Source of the DNA: a virus
Virus record (IMG/VR): IMGVR_UViG_3300023179_009191
Span: 33,703 to 97,702 of that record
Direction: 5' to 3' (one strand)
Length of the DNA: 64,000 bases
Part shown: positions 28,002 to 38,156 of the stretch, piece by piece
Numbering within the stretch: position 1 is the first letter of the stretch
Layout: each line of letters starts with the position of its first letter
The notes under the pieces: generated by a model
Told to the model about the DNA's origin: nothing
Seen by the model: only the letters and a program-made list of their open reading frames with translations
The model's database searches: none
Made by a program: the position numbers and the translations under genes

Positions 28002-30581
28002 TTATTTCTTTGAATTGGCTATAGGACCATTCTGAATGGGTACACCATCTTGAAGAGATTGGGCTGCTTGTCTTACTTCTGCATTTGTATTTTTAAGAGT
28101 AAGCGGTAGATTTTTAAATGTATGACTATGTTTAGAAATTAAGATACTATCTTCATCTCTGCCTGTGCCATACACAACAATGGGCATATTGGCTGCATTA
28201 ATACCACCCGAGCCTAAATCTGAACCTTGCACAGGTAGAGGAGTTTGTGCATAAACAGTAACTGTATCATTATTACTATCGGTAAATGTACCTATGACAG
28301 TACCTTGTGGTACATAACCAATGATGCCACTACCTGCTGCACCACCAAGCAAAGCAGATTTAGCTACACCATATCCAATTATTTTACCATTGCCGTTTGT
28401 AGGATCGGTTACTGCAGCACCATAGCATATGGTTTCATTAGTCTCTTGAATTTCTGCAGGTGCTGTTACATGTTGAACAAACAATTCTCCTTCATAATAG
28501 CCACCACCTAAAACAATTGTATTCTTACTAACACCCAGAGTACTGTCTATCAATACTTGTTTTTTGTTTCTTTGTCTGATGCTTATGATATCGCCCACTA
28601 TGGATACTCTCTTGCCACCATCAATATTAATTTCATTTTCAGAGCCAATATTTACTTGCTCTCCTGCTACATTAGTAATAGTACCAGAAATATTAACTGG
28701 CCCATAAGATTTCATGTTTATTCCACCTGCCCCTACAAGAACATTGAACCTGTTGCATACACTTAGAGTATAATTTCCACCTGGTAAGTCAGTAACATTA
28801 ACATATTCATGCAACGGGGAGGGTTTTCTGTTTACGAAAGTACCATAATCAGCTATTCTTATTTCATTTGGATTCATTTTGCCTTTGGCATCTATTCGAA
28901 TGGATCCAAAATCATTCATTACTGTACCAATGGTTTCTATTTTATGTTTTGAAATTTCTATTATTTCGCTACCACCAAGGCCTAATTTTTTTTCAATTTC
29001 AGATAAACTATTAATTTTTTCAGTAAAAAATTTGTTTATTAAAGCTTGTTTTGTAGAAGGTGTCCATTGGCCTTCAAAAGATGAAGGAGAAATTCCAGTG
29101 CCTCCACATGCAGGGCAGGGTTTATTGCCTAGAAATGTTGCAGGTGTTGAAGGAAATGTGGTACCATCAACAGCGCCGCCAAGCAATGTTACTGGCAAGC
29201 CATAACTAAAAGTTCCTGCTACCCCTGGATATAATACTGATTTGAAAATAACATTATTATAAATTGTATTTCCATATGTATAATTGCCTGTGCTGTCACT
29301 ATAAGAGGGTAGAACAATATTTTCAAAAGCAGGATTGTAGCTTATGTTGTATGTGAAATAGCTATTTTTGCTTTTTGTACAAACAGGGCATGGGGCAGCT
29401 GCCCCCATTTTCATTTGCTTTGAAGATGAAAATTTTAGTAATTTGTTTGAAAATTTATTTGCTCTTTGAATATCAAACATTTGCTTAACATCAGCTAGCT
29501 CAGAAACAATCTCCTTCCATTTATTAGCAATTTCAGAATTGATTTTACCAATTTTTTTATAAAAGTTTCCTGCTGTGTTTAAATCATAATCTCTTTCTGT
29601 ATATTCATTTCTGTCTCCTTTTATGGTTAAGAATGAATCTTCAAGTACTAATTTTTGGTCATTTTTTGTGGCCAGCTCTATATTTGTAAAATTATTAAAT
29701 TCTTTGAAAGAGCCTGAATAATGAGTAAATTTTAAAGCCTCTTTATTGTCAGTATTTACAAATGCTAAGGTTCCACCTTTTTGATTGATTACAAATTTAT
29801 TTCTGTAAGTTTCGGTACTTAGTGTGGGGTCGTTGTTTACTTTGTTTTCAAATTCTCCAGGGTAATCAATACCAGCATCCGCTCTTATGTTTTCATTATT
29901 AATATCTGTTGCAGATCCTGCAGAATATATGCTATTCCAATCCTCTGCTCCAAAAGATGAAGCAAAGTATACTGGCTTCATTGCATCGCCTGCTGCAAAG
30001 AAAATCCACAAGTGCGAGCCTACACAGGGTATAGAGAAAGAACCTTTGGCACTATTGCTGTATACTTCCGGTACATAGTTGTAACTTAATTTGTTTGCAT
30101 TATTTACGTTTGTTTCTCTTGGGTCATTGAATGCATCTTTTAATTTAAAAAAATCTAAATCAAATAAATTTCCAGGTTTTTCTCCAATATTATCATAATT
30201 CTGGGAGTATGGTGTAATGTTGCTTGCATTTACTTCATTATTGTCCAGGTTGGTAGCAAATGTAGGGTTTTTATTGGAGTCACTTATGCTACCAACTTTA
30301 TTTGAAGCAAAAAATCTGCCACTTGTATTTTCACCAACTAATGGTGAAGCACATTCTGCCCAAGGCAATATTTTTTTTAAATCTTCAACAATGCTTGTCA
30401 AATCAGAATAGGTATTAGCGCCTACAAATTTAAATTTTTTGTCACGCTTTATTTCATTCCATCCCTTGTAAACAGTAGGTGAAATGTGAGGTACAAAAAC
30501 CTTTACTCTGCCTCTTTTGAGCGGATCATTGTTTTGCACTACTATGCCCAAATAATTACCATAGTAAAGTGGTGCTTTCAT
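28002..30581 (-). CDS. gp5/VgrG-like baseplate hub-spike protein
   Basis: N-terminal OB-fold YLGIVVQNNDPLKRGRVKV, FSIPCVGSHLWIFF..GD..P.YF; HSHTF near C-terminus. Confidence 0.8.
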   Translation of the reverse strand: MKAPLYYGNYLGIVVQNNDPLKRGRVKVFVPHISPTVYKGWNEIKRDKKFKFVGANTYSDLTSIVEDLKKILPWAECASPLVGENTSGRFFASNKVGSISDSNKNPTFATNLDNNEVNASNITPYSQNYDNIGEKPGNLFDLDFFKLKDAFNDPRETNVNNANKLSYNYVPEVYSNSAKGSFSIPCVGSHLWIFFAAGDAMKPVYFASSFGAEDWNSIYSAGSATDINNENIRADAGIDYPGEFENKVNNDPTLSTETYRNKFVINQKGGTLAFVNTDNKEALKFTHYSGSFKEFNNFTNIELATKNDQKLVLEDSFLTIKGDRNEYTERDYDLNTAGNFYKKIGKINSEIANKWKEIVSELADVKQMFDIQRANKFSNKLLKFSSSKQMKMGAAAPCPVCTKSKNSYFTYNISYNPAFENIVLPSYSDSTGNYTYGNTIYNNVIFKSVLYPGVAGTFSYGLPVTLLGGAVDGTTFPSTPATFLGNKPCPACGGTGISPSSFEGQWTPSTKQALINKFFTEKINSLSEIEKKLGLGGSEIIEISKHKIETIGTVMNDFGSIRIDAKGKMNPNEIRIADYGTFVNRKPSPLHEYVNVTDLPGGNYTLSVCNRFNVLVGAGGINMKSYGPVNISGTITNVAGEQVNIGSENEINIDGGKRVSIVGDIISIRQRNKKQVLIDSTLGVSKNTIVLGGGYYEGELFVQHVTAPAEIQETNETICYGAAVTDPTNGNGKIIGYGVAKSALLGGAAGSGIIGYVPQGTVIGTFTDSNNDTVTVYAQTPLPVQGSDLGSGGINAANMPIVVYGTGRDEDSILISKHSHTFKNLPLTLKNTNAEVRQAAQSLQDGVPIQNGPIANSKK

Positions 30582-30617
30582 GTTGAATATATTAGTATTT
30601 ACTGTTATAATAATAGG

Positions 30618-31430
30618 ATGCTAATGAAAGTATCTCATGAGTCTCCTGTATCTATTCTAGAATTATCAAGAAATTATAATGATTTTGATTACTGTTTAGT
30701 ACATCTATTGGATCAATATCCGGAATATAAAAATTATTACAAATCAGCTCGAGCTACATATGATAGAGAAGTTTTACTGGACAACTCTATTTTTGAACTT
30801 GGAAAATCATTTGATCCCAGAAGATTTTATGAGTCTGCTCTGGATATACAACCCAATATGTTTATTGTTCCTGATGCCTTAGAGGATTATACAGAAACGG
30901 TGGATAGCTTTAAACGGTTTACAGATAAAAAATATGATCTAAAGCATACTTTTCTTACTAAGGCAATCGGTGCTGTGCAGGGTAAAAATTGGCAACAGCT
31001 AACAGAATGTTACAAGTTTATGTCTGATCAAGCAGATATGATTGCAATTAGTTTTGATTTTAGTTACTATAATATAACTGGTCAAGGATGGCATCATCTA
31101 GAGCGCTGGTGCTCTGGCCGCCAACGCTTCATCATGGACTTAGTAAATAGTGGCATATGGAGGTGGGACAAGCCTCATCACTTACTAGGCTGCTCGCTAG
31201 CAAAAGAGTTTAGATTCTATGTCGATAGAAATATTTACAATATTGTGTCTTGTGATACTAGTAATCCAATTGTTGCTGCTATTCATGGATTAAAATATGA
31301 TGCGGATTATGGTCTACAGAGCAAACCCACAACTAAGCTTGCAGATCTCATAACACACGAATTTACGCATGATCAGTTTGATCTTGTAACCTATAATACG
31401 AATATGTTTAAGAAGATTATTAGAAGATAA
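30618..31430 (+). CDS. TGT-fold DpdA-like 7-deazaguanine transglycosylase (DpdA3-like)
   Basis: LLDNSIFE, IVPD, AVQG, HHLLG, SCDTSNP motifs; context with QueF; leaderless promoter TTGAAT-N17-TATAAT. Confidence 0.65.
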   Translation: MLMKVSHESPVSILELSRNYNDFDYCLVHLLDQYPEYKNYYKSARATYDREVLLDNSIFELGKSFDPRRFYESALDIQPNMFIVPDALEDYTETVDSFKRFTDKKYDLKHTFLTKAIGAVQGKNWQQLTECYKFMSDQADMIAISFDFSYYNITGQGWHHLERWCSGRQRFIMDLVNSGIWRWDKPHHLLGCSLAKEFRFYVDRNIYNIVSCDTSNPIVAAIHGLKYDADYGLQSKPTTKLADLITHEFTHDQFDLVTYNTNMFKKIIRR

Positions 31431-31441
31431 AAGGAGTTATA

Positions 31442-32026
31442 ATGGCAGCTGCAAAAAATAGAGACTGGCTTTGCTTCTTTAGTAGAAGTGGCTCTGAAAT
31501 TAATAACCTTAGTAAAACATTAGAAATATACCCTGACGCTATTGTTACTAATAGACAAAATCTGGAAGGGGTAAATACAGATTTATTGTCAGTAAATACT
31601 TTCCGGGAGCACAAATTAAACAGCGCTATATGGTATACATTACCAACTAAACCCACAGTAACAGATTACGAGCAAATATTAAGTAGATTTGATAACCCAG
31701 TAATTACATTACACGGATATCTTCGTATTATTCCAAAAGAAATTTGTGAAAAATATGAAATTTATAATCTGCATCCTGGTCTCATAGACAAATATCCGGA
31801 ACTCAAGGGGTTCAATCCTCAAGAAAGAGCATTTAAGGGTGGTTATGATTTAGCTGGGTGCGTTATTCATAAGGTTATTCCTGAAGTAGATGCAGGTGAA
31901 TTAATCATGGGTCAAGGTGTATCTATTAAAAATAAAACTCTTGAGGAAGTGTATGCAGCTTTGCATATTTGTGCTTCTGATCTATGGAAAAGCTTCTTTA
32001 CAGCATATAATATATTGGAACGTTAA
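31442..32026 (+). CDS. PurN-like formyltransferase (putative preQ1 formyltransferase, DpdN-like)
   Basis: FSRSGS, LHGYLRII, NLHPGL...G, GCVIHKV...VDAG. Confidence 0.85.
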   Translation: MAAAKNRDWLCFFSRSGSEINNLSKTLEIYPDAIVTNRQNLEGVNTDLLSVNTFREHKLNSAIWYTLPTKPTVTDYEQILSRFDNPVITLHGYLRIIPKEICEKYEIYNLHPGLIDKYPELKGFNPQERAFKGGYDLAGCVIHKVIPEVDAGELIMGQGVSIKNKTLEEVYAALHICASDLWKSFFTAYNILER

Positions 32027-32027
32027 T

Positions 32028-32999
32028 ATGGATATTTCTTTGCATTATGAGAATGTATTTCTCAAGCCTAATTTTAATTCTGTTAAAACCCGAGCTGACA
32101 TTGATACTAATGTTAAGTTTTTAGGTAAAAACTTCAGACTACCTGTTGTACCTGCTAATATGAAGTGTTGTGTAGATTTTGATATCTGTCAAATTCTTGA
32201 TTCAAAATATTATTTCTATGTTATGCATAGATTTGATCATGACATATTTGCATTTGTTAAAGATGCAAATGCAGTTTTCTTTAATTATATTTCTATTAGT
32301 GTTGGAATTCAACAAAAGGACAGAGCGCTTATTAATAATTTAGCTGCTCATAAATTGAGAGTAGATTTTATTACCATTGATGTTGCTCATGGTCATCATG
32401 CAAGAGTTGCAGATCAAATTAAATTTATTAAAGATAAATTACCAGATACTAAAGTTATTGCTGGAAATGTTGCTACCCGCAATGGTGCAGAATATCTACA
32501 TATGGCAGGTGCAGATGCAGTAAAAGTAGGTATTGGTGGAGGGTATGCATGTACAACAAAAGACAAGACTGGTTTTACATATCCCATGTTTAGCTGTGTC
32601 ATGGAGTGTGCTAATAATGAGGGGTCTAGTTTTGAGATACCCATTGTTGCAGATGGTGGTGTCAGGTGCAATGGTGATATTGCTAAAGCTTTAGTAGCAG
32701 GGGCAAAAATGGTGATGTGTGGCTCCATATTTGCTGCTTGTTCTGATAGCCCTGCTCCTGTTGTAAAGGATACTGCAGGCAGACGTTACAAACAATATTA
32801 TGGTTCAGCAAGTATACACAATAAAATTGATAAGAAAAATATTGAAGGTACCATGAAGCTTATGGAAACAGATTCATTTACTTATGAAGAAAAATTGTTA
32901 GAAATTTCTCAAGATTTGCAAAGTGCAATTAGTTATGCAGGTGGTTGCAATCTGGGTGCATTAAATTTAAATAACGTTGGCTACGGTGTAAGAATATGA
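32028..32999 (+). CDS. guaC: GMP reductase (type 2)
   Basis: LPVVPANM, YFYVMHRF, IDVAHGH, KVGIGGG.AC.T, ADGG, YYGSAS. Confidence 0.9.
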   Translation: MDISLHYENVFLKPNFNSVKTRADIDTNVKFLGKNFRLPVVPANMKCCVDFDICQILDSKYYFYVMHRFDHDIFAFVKDANAVFFNYISISVGIQQKDRALINNLAAHKLRVDFITIDVAHGHHARVADQIKFIKDKLPDTKVIAGNVATRNGAEYLHMAGADAVKVGIGGGYACTTKDKTGFTYPMFSCVMECANNEGSSFEIPIVADGGVRCNGDIAKALVAGAKMVMCGSIFAACSDSPAPVVKDTAGRRYKQYYGSASIHNKIDKKNIEGTMKLMETDSFTYEEKLLEISQDLQSAISYAGGCNLGALNLNNVGYGVRI

Positions 33000-33346
33000 G
33001 CAAAGAAGATTATATAAAATATGTTGCAGAGCATTTTCCCATTACAGTAGAAGAATTTAAAAAGATTCAGCAAGAACAGTTTGAAATTTTCTGTAAGAAG
33101 CAGTTTGATTATGGCCCTGGAAATATATCCTTAGGGTCAGATTTGAACAAAAAAGAAGACAGATTTGCCTCCATATTTGCTATTGTGGTTAGACTTAATG
33201 ACAAAATTCAAAGACTGATTAATCTCGTTTTAAAAAAGCAAACTCTGCAAGGTGCTGCCAATGAACCAGTTATGGATGCTTTTCGGGATGCAGCAGTTTA
33301 TTGCATCATAGCAGAAATAGTTTATAATCATAAATGGGCCAAATGA
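32996..33346 (+). CDS. nucleotide modification-associated domain 1 (DUF1599, MazG-like) protein
   Basis: KKQFDYGPGNI...RLNDKIQRL...NEP..D.F.D...Y. Confidence 0.8.
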   Translation: MSKEDYIKYVAEHFPITVEEFKKIQQEQFEIFCKKQFDYGPGNISLGSDLNKKEDRFASIFAIVVRLNDKIQRLINLVLKKQTLQGAANEPVMDAFRDAAVYCIIAEIVYNHKWAK

Positions 33347-33546
33347 GAACTAAATTGACTAAAAAGCAAATTAAAAAACTTGAAAAACAAGGCAGACTCA
33401 GAGATTCTGTTGAAATTTGGGTTGACCGTCACAACCACAAGCTGGAGCTTCTAAGAACATTTACAAGCCTTACTGCAGCTCTTTGCTCATCACTGGTTTT
33501 ATTAAAATTATTTGGCCTTCTTCATTAGTTCATTTATTATAATTTT

Positions 33547-34137
33547 GTGCACATAACTTTTACAGGGCCGCAGTGTTCAGGCAAAACAACATTGCTAAAA
33601 GCAATGAAAAAAGAACAAGGAATTGTAGACAAATTTTGGTATGTTGATGAAGTAACTAGACTGGTTAAAAGAGAATTTTGTGTGGATATAAATGAATCAG
33701 GTGCAAATGATGTAACTCAATTGTTAATTATAAACAAGGAACTAGAGAATCTCTTTAAATACAAGAAAGAGTATTTGTGGGATCGTTGTCAAGGCATTGT
33801 GCATGATAGATGTCTGTTGGATGGTTTAGTTTTTACTTCATATTTTTATGAAAAGAAATTGGTTTCGCAGCAAGTATGGATGCAGGCTGTTAGCTATTGG
33901 TACAGATTTCATGAAAAATATGACATTATTTTTTATCCTGATCCTCATGATGTGAAGCTAGTAGATGATGGAGAAAGAAGTACAAATAAAGTTTTTAGAG
34001 ACTCAATTATTAAACTTTATGAAGAATACTATTTAAATACATTTCAGGTGAAAAATAAATTAGTTATTTTAAAGGGAACAGTTGAACAACGCATGGAACA
34101 GATTAAAATTAAACTACATGAACAAGGTATTAGATAA
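33547..34137 (+). CDS. P-loop NMP-kinase-like protein (AAA_28)
   Basis: ITFTGPQCSGKTT, HDRCLLD, DDGER. Confidence 0.8.
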   Translation: MHITFTGPQCSGKTTLLKAMKKEQGIVDKFWYVDEVTRLVKREFCVDINESGANDVTQLLIINKELENLFKYKKEYLWDRCQGIVHDRCLLDGLVFTSYFYEKKLVSQQVWMQAVSYWYRFHEKYDIIFYPDPHDVKLVDDGERSTNKVFRDSIIKLYEEYYLNTFQVKNKLVILKGTVEQRMEQIKIKLHEQGIR

Positions 34138-35032
34138 TAGCAACATTTCAAAGCATTTGGGCAAAGTAACAGGATATAAATCCACTTATGATCCTTCACT
34201 CTTGGTCAGAGAACCCAGAATTAACAACAGAAAGCATCTGGACATTACTGATGAAACTGTGCCTTTCACAGGTTACGATATTTGGAATGCTTATGAAGTA
34301 TCTTGTTTAACTGCAGACGGTATGCCTATTGCTGCCATTGCTAAAATTGTTTACCCTTGCAAAAATAAATATATTGTTGAATCCAAATCTATTAAGCTGT
34401 ATATGAATTCTTTCAACATGCAGGTCTTCAAGGGATCTGTGCCATGCGTTGTAAATGAATTGCAGAATACTATTGCCAGAGATTTATCTAATTTGCTTGA
34501 AACAGAGGTTAAAGTTCATGTAAGATTGGCAAAAGCTGTTTCAGATGATCTTTTTTATCCTCCAGTATTTAGCAATAAATCTTTTCCTACATTGGAGCAT
34601 AATATTGATATTTCTATGATCCAATCAAGATCTTATACTGAAGACCCATCTATTTTATCTGCCTTTGAAAGCACAGCTTCTACAGTGCAAAGATTTCACT
34701 CTGCTCTGTTAAAAAGTAATTGCCGGGTAACATCACAGCCTGATTGGGGTGATGTATATATTCATTACAAGGGCAAATATGCAATTACTTCAACATCTCT
34801 TCTGCAGTATATTGTTTCATTTAGAGATGAGTGTCATTTTCATGAAGAAATTTGTGAAACCATTTATATGCGTTTGTTTAGGCTATTCTTTCCTGAAGAA
34901 TTAATGGTAAGCTGTTTATATGTTAGAAGGGGCGGCATTGACATTAACCCAATACGTGCCAGTAACTATAGCTTGTTAGATGAAGTACTTATTGACGAGA
35001 CAAAGTATTTTACGAAAACAGTAAGACAGTAA
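34118..35032 (+). CDS. queF: NADPH-dependent preQ0 reductase (two-domain type)
   Basis: ESKSIKLYMNSF, LKSNCRVTSQPDWG, HFHEEICE, RRGGIDINP. Confidence 0.93.
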   Translation: MNKVLDNSNISKHLGKVTGYKSTYDPSLLVREPRINNRKHLDITDETVPFTGYDIWNAYEVSCLTADGMPIAAIAKIVYPCKNKYIVESKSIKLYMNSFNMQVFKGSVPCVVNELQNTIARDLSNLLETEVKVHVRLAKAVSDDLFYPPVFSNKSFPTLEHNIDISMIQSRSYTEDPSILSAFESTASTVQRFHSALLKSNCRVTSQPDWGDVYIHYKGKYAITSTSLLQYIVSFRDECHFHEEICETIYMRLFRLFFPEELMVSCLYVRRGGIDINPIRASNYSLLDEVLIDETKYFTKTVRQ

Positions 35033-35554
35033 TTAACCGTTCAAATTCCACGTTCTGCAGAAGTCTGCTACAGTATGAAGATAAGATACATTGCTTGATG
35101 CATCATTATCAACAGTGCCTACATCAATAAATGGCACATCAATGACGGATGTATAATTTGGGTTCGCTACTATGCTTGATCTATTTGCAGATAATTGTAT
35201 ATTGGTTGTAAAAAAGTCTGAACCTTGGAATCCGATTGCAAATGTGGCTACAGAGAGCTGGGGATTAAATGTGCTTCCTCTGAGATAACCATAGTATGTG
35301 TTGTTACCATATTTGCTAGGCAATGTCATAACAATGGAGCCCAATGTAAGATAAGGTGAAGAACTTGTTACTGCTGAAAGAGTAAGAGCAATTGTTCCAT
35401 TAAAAACTGTGTTTGTTCCGGAAAGAACACCACTTCTAAAATTACCATCAATTGCACCAGATGCAGGTATGGTTACTGAATAAACAGAAACTGCAGGGTA
35501 GAAGCTGCTGTTGGTTGCTATTGTAGAAAATGATGATGTAATTGAGCTTGCCAT
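35033..35554 (-). CDS. Ser/Thr-rich putative head decoration protein
   Basis: Directly downstream of gp23; own ATAAATA late promoter. Confidence 0.6.
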   Translation of the reverse strand: MASSITSSFSTIATNSSFYPAVSVYSVTIPASGAIDGNFRSGVLSGTNTVFNGTIALTLSAVTSSSPYLTLGSIVMTLPSKYGNNTYYGYLRGSTFNPQLSVATFAIGFQGSDFFTTNIQLSANRSSIVANPNYTSVIDVPFIDVGTVDNDASSNVSYLHTVADFCRTWNLNG

Positions 35555-35607
35555 ATAAAATATTTATTCTAAAGATATAGATTTTTTTACCTAATTTAAA
35601 TTTATCC

Positions 35608-35640
35608 AAAAAAAAAGGGCCCCGCAAGAGGCCCTTTTTT
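35608..35640 (-). terminator. intrinsic terminator after major capsid gene
   Basis: A9-GGGCC-ccgcaaga-GGCCC-T6 hairpin. Confidence 0.85.
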
Positions 35641-35698
35641 AAACTTCCTGGGACTTACCAGGTGAAAGAAATTTCTTTTTAATCCCTTGTATACTTTT

Positions 35699-37195
35699 TT
35701 AGAAGTAAACAGATGACTGACCGGGTAGGAACGCTGTTCCAAGACCCTGCAGGATGATGACGTGATAGTAGAGATTAGCACCAAAGATGTTATCAACAAC
35801 ACCGTAGCGGGTCAATAGACCAACACGGGGGCTGAAATCATTGGGGCCAATTGTTCTCTGTACCATGACAGGAATGTAGGGGCAATAGATAATACCAGTG
35901 TCATAGAATTCTGGTCCCTTGTAACCCAAGAGAGCATATTCAAGACGTGTGGTACGATACTGAGAGGCACCATATGTACCAGTGCCACTATAATTGCCAC
36001 CCTGACCGAGCTCAAACTGAGCTTCGGTGCGTGTGTCACGGTAAACATTGAACCTACCAGCCAAAGAACCTACCTTAGCAACACCGACGGGCTGTGTATT
36101 GACATTACCCTGTACTGGTACCCACTGGAATTCAGGGAGCATTTCGAGGATAGCGCAAACGCGTGGGGTTGCAACAATGAAGTTAGCAGAACCACGGCGG
36201 TTACGAACTGCAATACGATTAGCTTCGACGATGAGCCTCTGGTAGAAGTCACGATTACGTTCAACGAGCCAACGGCCGTCGGCTGAAGCAGGGGACCAAA
36301 CAGAGAAACCGCGGCCAAAGCCACCGTTTAGAGCTGTCTGAATCATTCTGATGATCATTTCACGATCGATTTCGGCCTGTAGCTCATAAGACATAGCGTT
36401 TGTGAGCTCAGTGTCGATATCAATACCGTTCATGTTCTTCAGATCCTGCTCGAGTTCAACTGACCAGCGAGCAGCAAGTCTACGTGTACCGGCTTCGACA
36501 GCGGTCTTCTCAAAGCTGACTACGATCTGAGGAATCTTGCTTGTTAGCTCGAAGTTAGCGAGCAACTGAGCAACACCCTTATCCTGATCAACCATTGGGA
36601 AGTATGTACCGGCTGTGTCACCAGAGAGCTGGACAGATGAAGTACCAGTGAATCTGGTGTCCAGATACTGATAACCGAGTTCATCGCCATCTGACTGAAG
36701 CTGAGGATTATTGAGATTGGATGTAGCAGAGGCATCCAGGTTGCCAGTTGTGTTGTAACCTAGTGCATCGCTCTCATACTTGTAGCGGAGGGCGAAGGCT
36801 AGACCAACTGGGCCTGACATGGGCTGTACACCAACGATCTCGTTAGTAATCAACTCAGGGAAGGTACGTCTGATCATCGGAATGAGGATCTTAGGAAGAC
36901 GGTAATCACCAGGGGCATAAGCACTATCATTCTGTGAAGGGAACTGATTGCCATAAGCACCGTCATTAACGGAGCCATTGGAAAATACAGAACCTGTTCC
37001 ACCGGACTGATTGGAAGCTTCAAAACACCACTTCTCTTGGTTTTCCAAGAGGATGGCAGTGTTTAGGCGTGTGTGATCGTCTTCGATTGCCTTGACATTG
37101 GCAGAAGTGTAATCCAGAACTGGACCCCACTTTTCAACCAATAGCTTGGCGCGATCTTCACTGATGTAAGACTGTGAAGGACGAATATTTGCCAT
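35699..37195 (-). CDS. T4-like major capsid protein gp23
   Basis: KWGPVLD, TAILLENQE, GVQPMSGPVGLAFALR, ELEQDLK..GID, YCPYIP, F.PRVGLLTRYG. Confidence 0.97.
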   Translation of the reverse strand: MANIRPSQSYISEDRAKLLVEKWGPVLDYTSANVKAIEDDHTRLNTAILLENQEKWCFEASNQSGGTGSVFSNGSVNDGAYGNQFPSQNDSAYAPGDYRLPKILIPMIRRTFPELITNEIVGVQPMSGPVGLAFALRYKYESDALGYNTTGNLDASATSNLNNPQLQSDGDELGYQYLDTRFTGTSSVQLSGDTAGTYFPMVDQDKGVAQLLANFELTSKIPQIVVSFEKTAVEAGTRRLAARWSVELEQDLKNMNGIDIDTELTNAMSYELQAEIDREMIIRMIQTALNGGFGRGFSVWSPASADGRWLVERNRDFYQRLIVEANRIAVRNRRGSANFIVATPRVCAILEMLPEFQWVPVQGNVNTQPVGVAKVGSLAGRFNVYRDTRTEAQFELGQGGNYSGTGTYGASQYRTTRLEYALLGYKGPEFYDTGIIYCPYIPVMVQRTIGPNDFSPRVGLLTRYGVVDNIFGANLYYHVIILQGLGTAFLPGQSSVYF

Positions 37196-37273
37196 AATTA
37201 TTTTTTCTCCAAAAGAGAATTTGTCGACCTAGAATTTATTCTGTTCAGGGGTTATACCCTCAAGAAAAAGAAA

Positions 37274-38155
37274 TTAGTATTTGCTAAGCTCTGACATGTA
37301 GTTCTTAAAAGCAGGTTCAGTTGCTTGTTCTTCTACTTGTGCAGATTCTGTTACAACAGGTCTGTCCATCTTAACTGCTATTGTTTCTTTCTTAGCTTCT
37401 TCCTTAAGACCTGTCAATCTTTCTTCTTCTGTTTTTTCATAAAGCCCCAAAGTGTATTTAAAGTTTTCGTTTATAAACTGAGCTGATTTTCCAGACAACA
37501 TTTTTCTCATGTAATCTTTCTTTTCAGTTTCTAGATCTTGAACATTTTTTTCAAGAGCTAGTTCAGCTTTAACTTTATTAAGCTCAGCTGTGAGCTTCTC
37601 AACGTTGGTATTTGAGGCTTCAAGCTGCTTGGCAGCTTCATCTATTTTGTTTTTACCATCAACAACAGCTTCTTTAATGCTTTCTTTAGCTAGAGCCATG
37701 TCAACAGCAAGTGCTTCTCTAATGTTGGAGAGCAAGTTAAGAGCTTTTTTGTTCTTAACTGCTTCAGCAACTTCAGTCAGAGGAAGTTTTTCATCCAGAT
37801 AAGCTTCTAGATATTTTGAAATGGATTCAACCAGAGTGTCTTTGAAATTCTTTGCTTCATCATTAATAGCAGCTTCATATTTCTTAACAACTGCTTGTAG
37901 TTTTTGAGCACGGTCAGTATCCAAAGCCTCTACAACTTTGTTAAGTTTTTCTGTATGATCTGTATCAATGGCTTCAACTAATTTTTCAAGCTTAGCAGAA
38001 TAATCAGCATCTTGCTCCATGAGAGCCTTCTTGACGTGAATATTTACTTTTTCTGTTACAGCAGAATTAAATGCAGTTTCAATTTCCTTGAGATTTTCTT
38101 CAGAAAGAATATCTTTGGTTGCTTCTTTGAGTGTATCTGTTATGTTCTTTTCCAT
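37274..38155 (-). CDS. prohead core scaffold protein gp22
   Basis: Acidic coiled coil, LVESISKYL, position upstream of gp23. Confidence 0.85.
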   Translation of the reverse strand: MEKNITDTLKEATKDILSEENLKEIETAFNSAVTEKVNIHVKKALMEQDADYSAKLEKLVEAIDTDHTEKLNKVVEALDTDRAQKLQAVVKKYEAAINDEAKNFKDTLVESISKYLEAYLDEKLPLTEVAEAVKNKKALNLLSNIREALAVDMALAKESIKEAVVDGKNKIDEAAKQLEASNTNVEKLTAELNKVKAELALEKNVQDLETEKKDYMRKMLSGKSAQFINENFKYTLGLYEKTEEERLTGLKEEAKKETIAVKMDRPVVTESAQVEEQATEPAFKNYMSELSKY

Positions 38156-38156
38156 A

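Noticed and set aside
31442-32999. purN and guaC as simple purine auxiliary metabolic genes
   Set aside because: Not excluded, but operon context with the TGT-like gene and queF favours a DNA-modification role.
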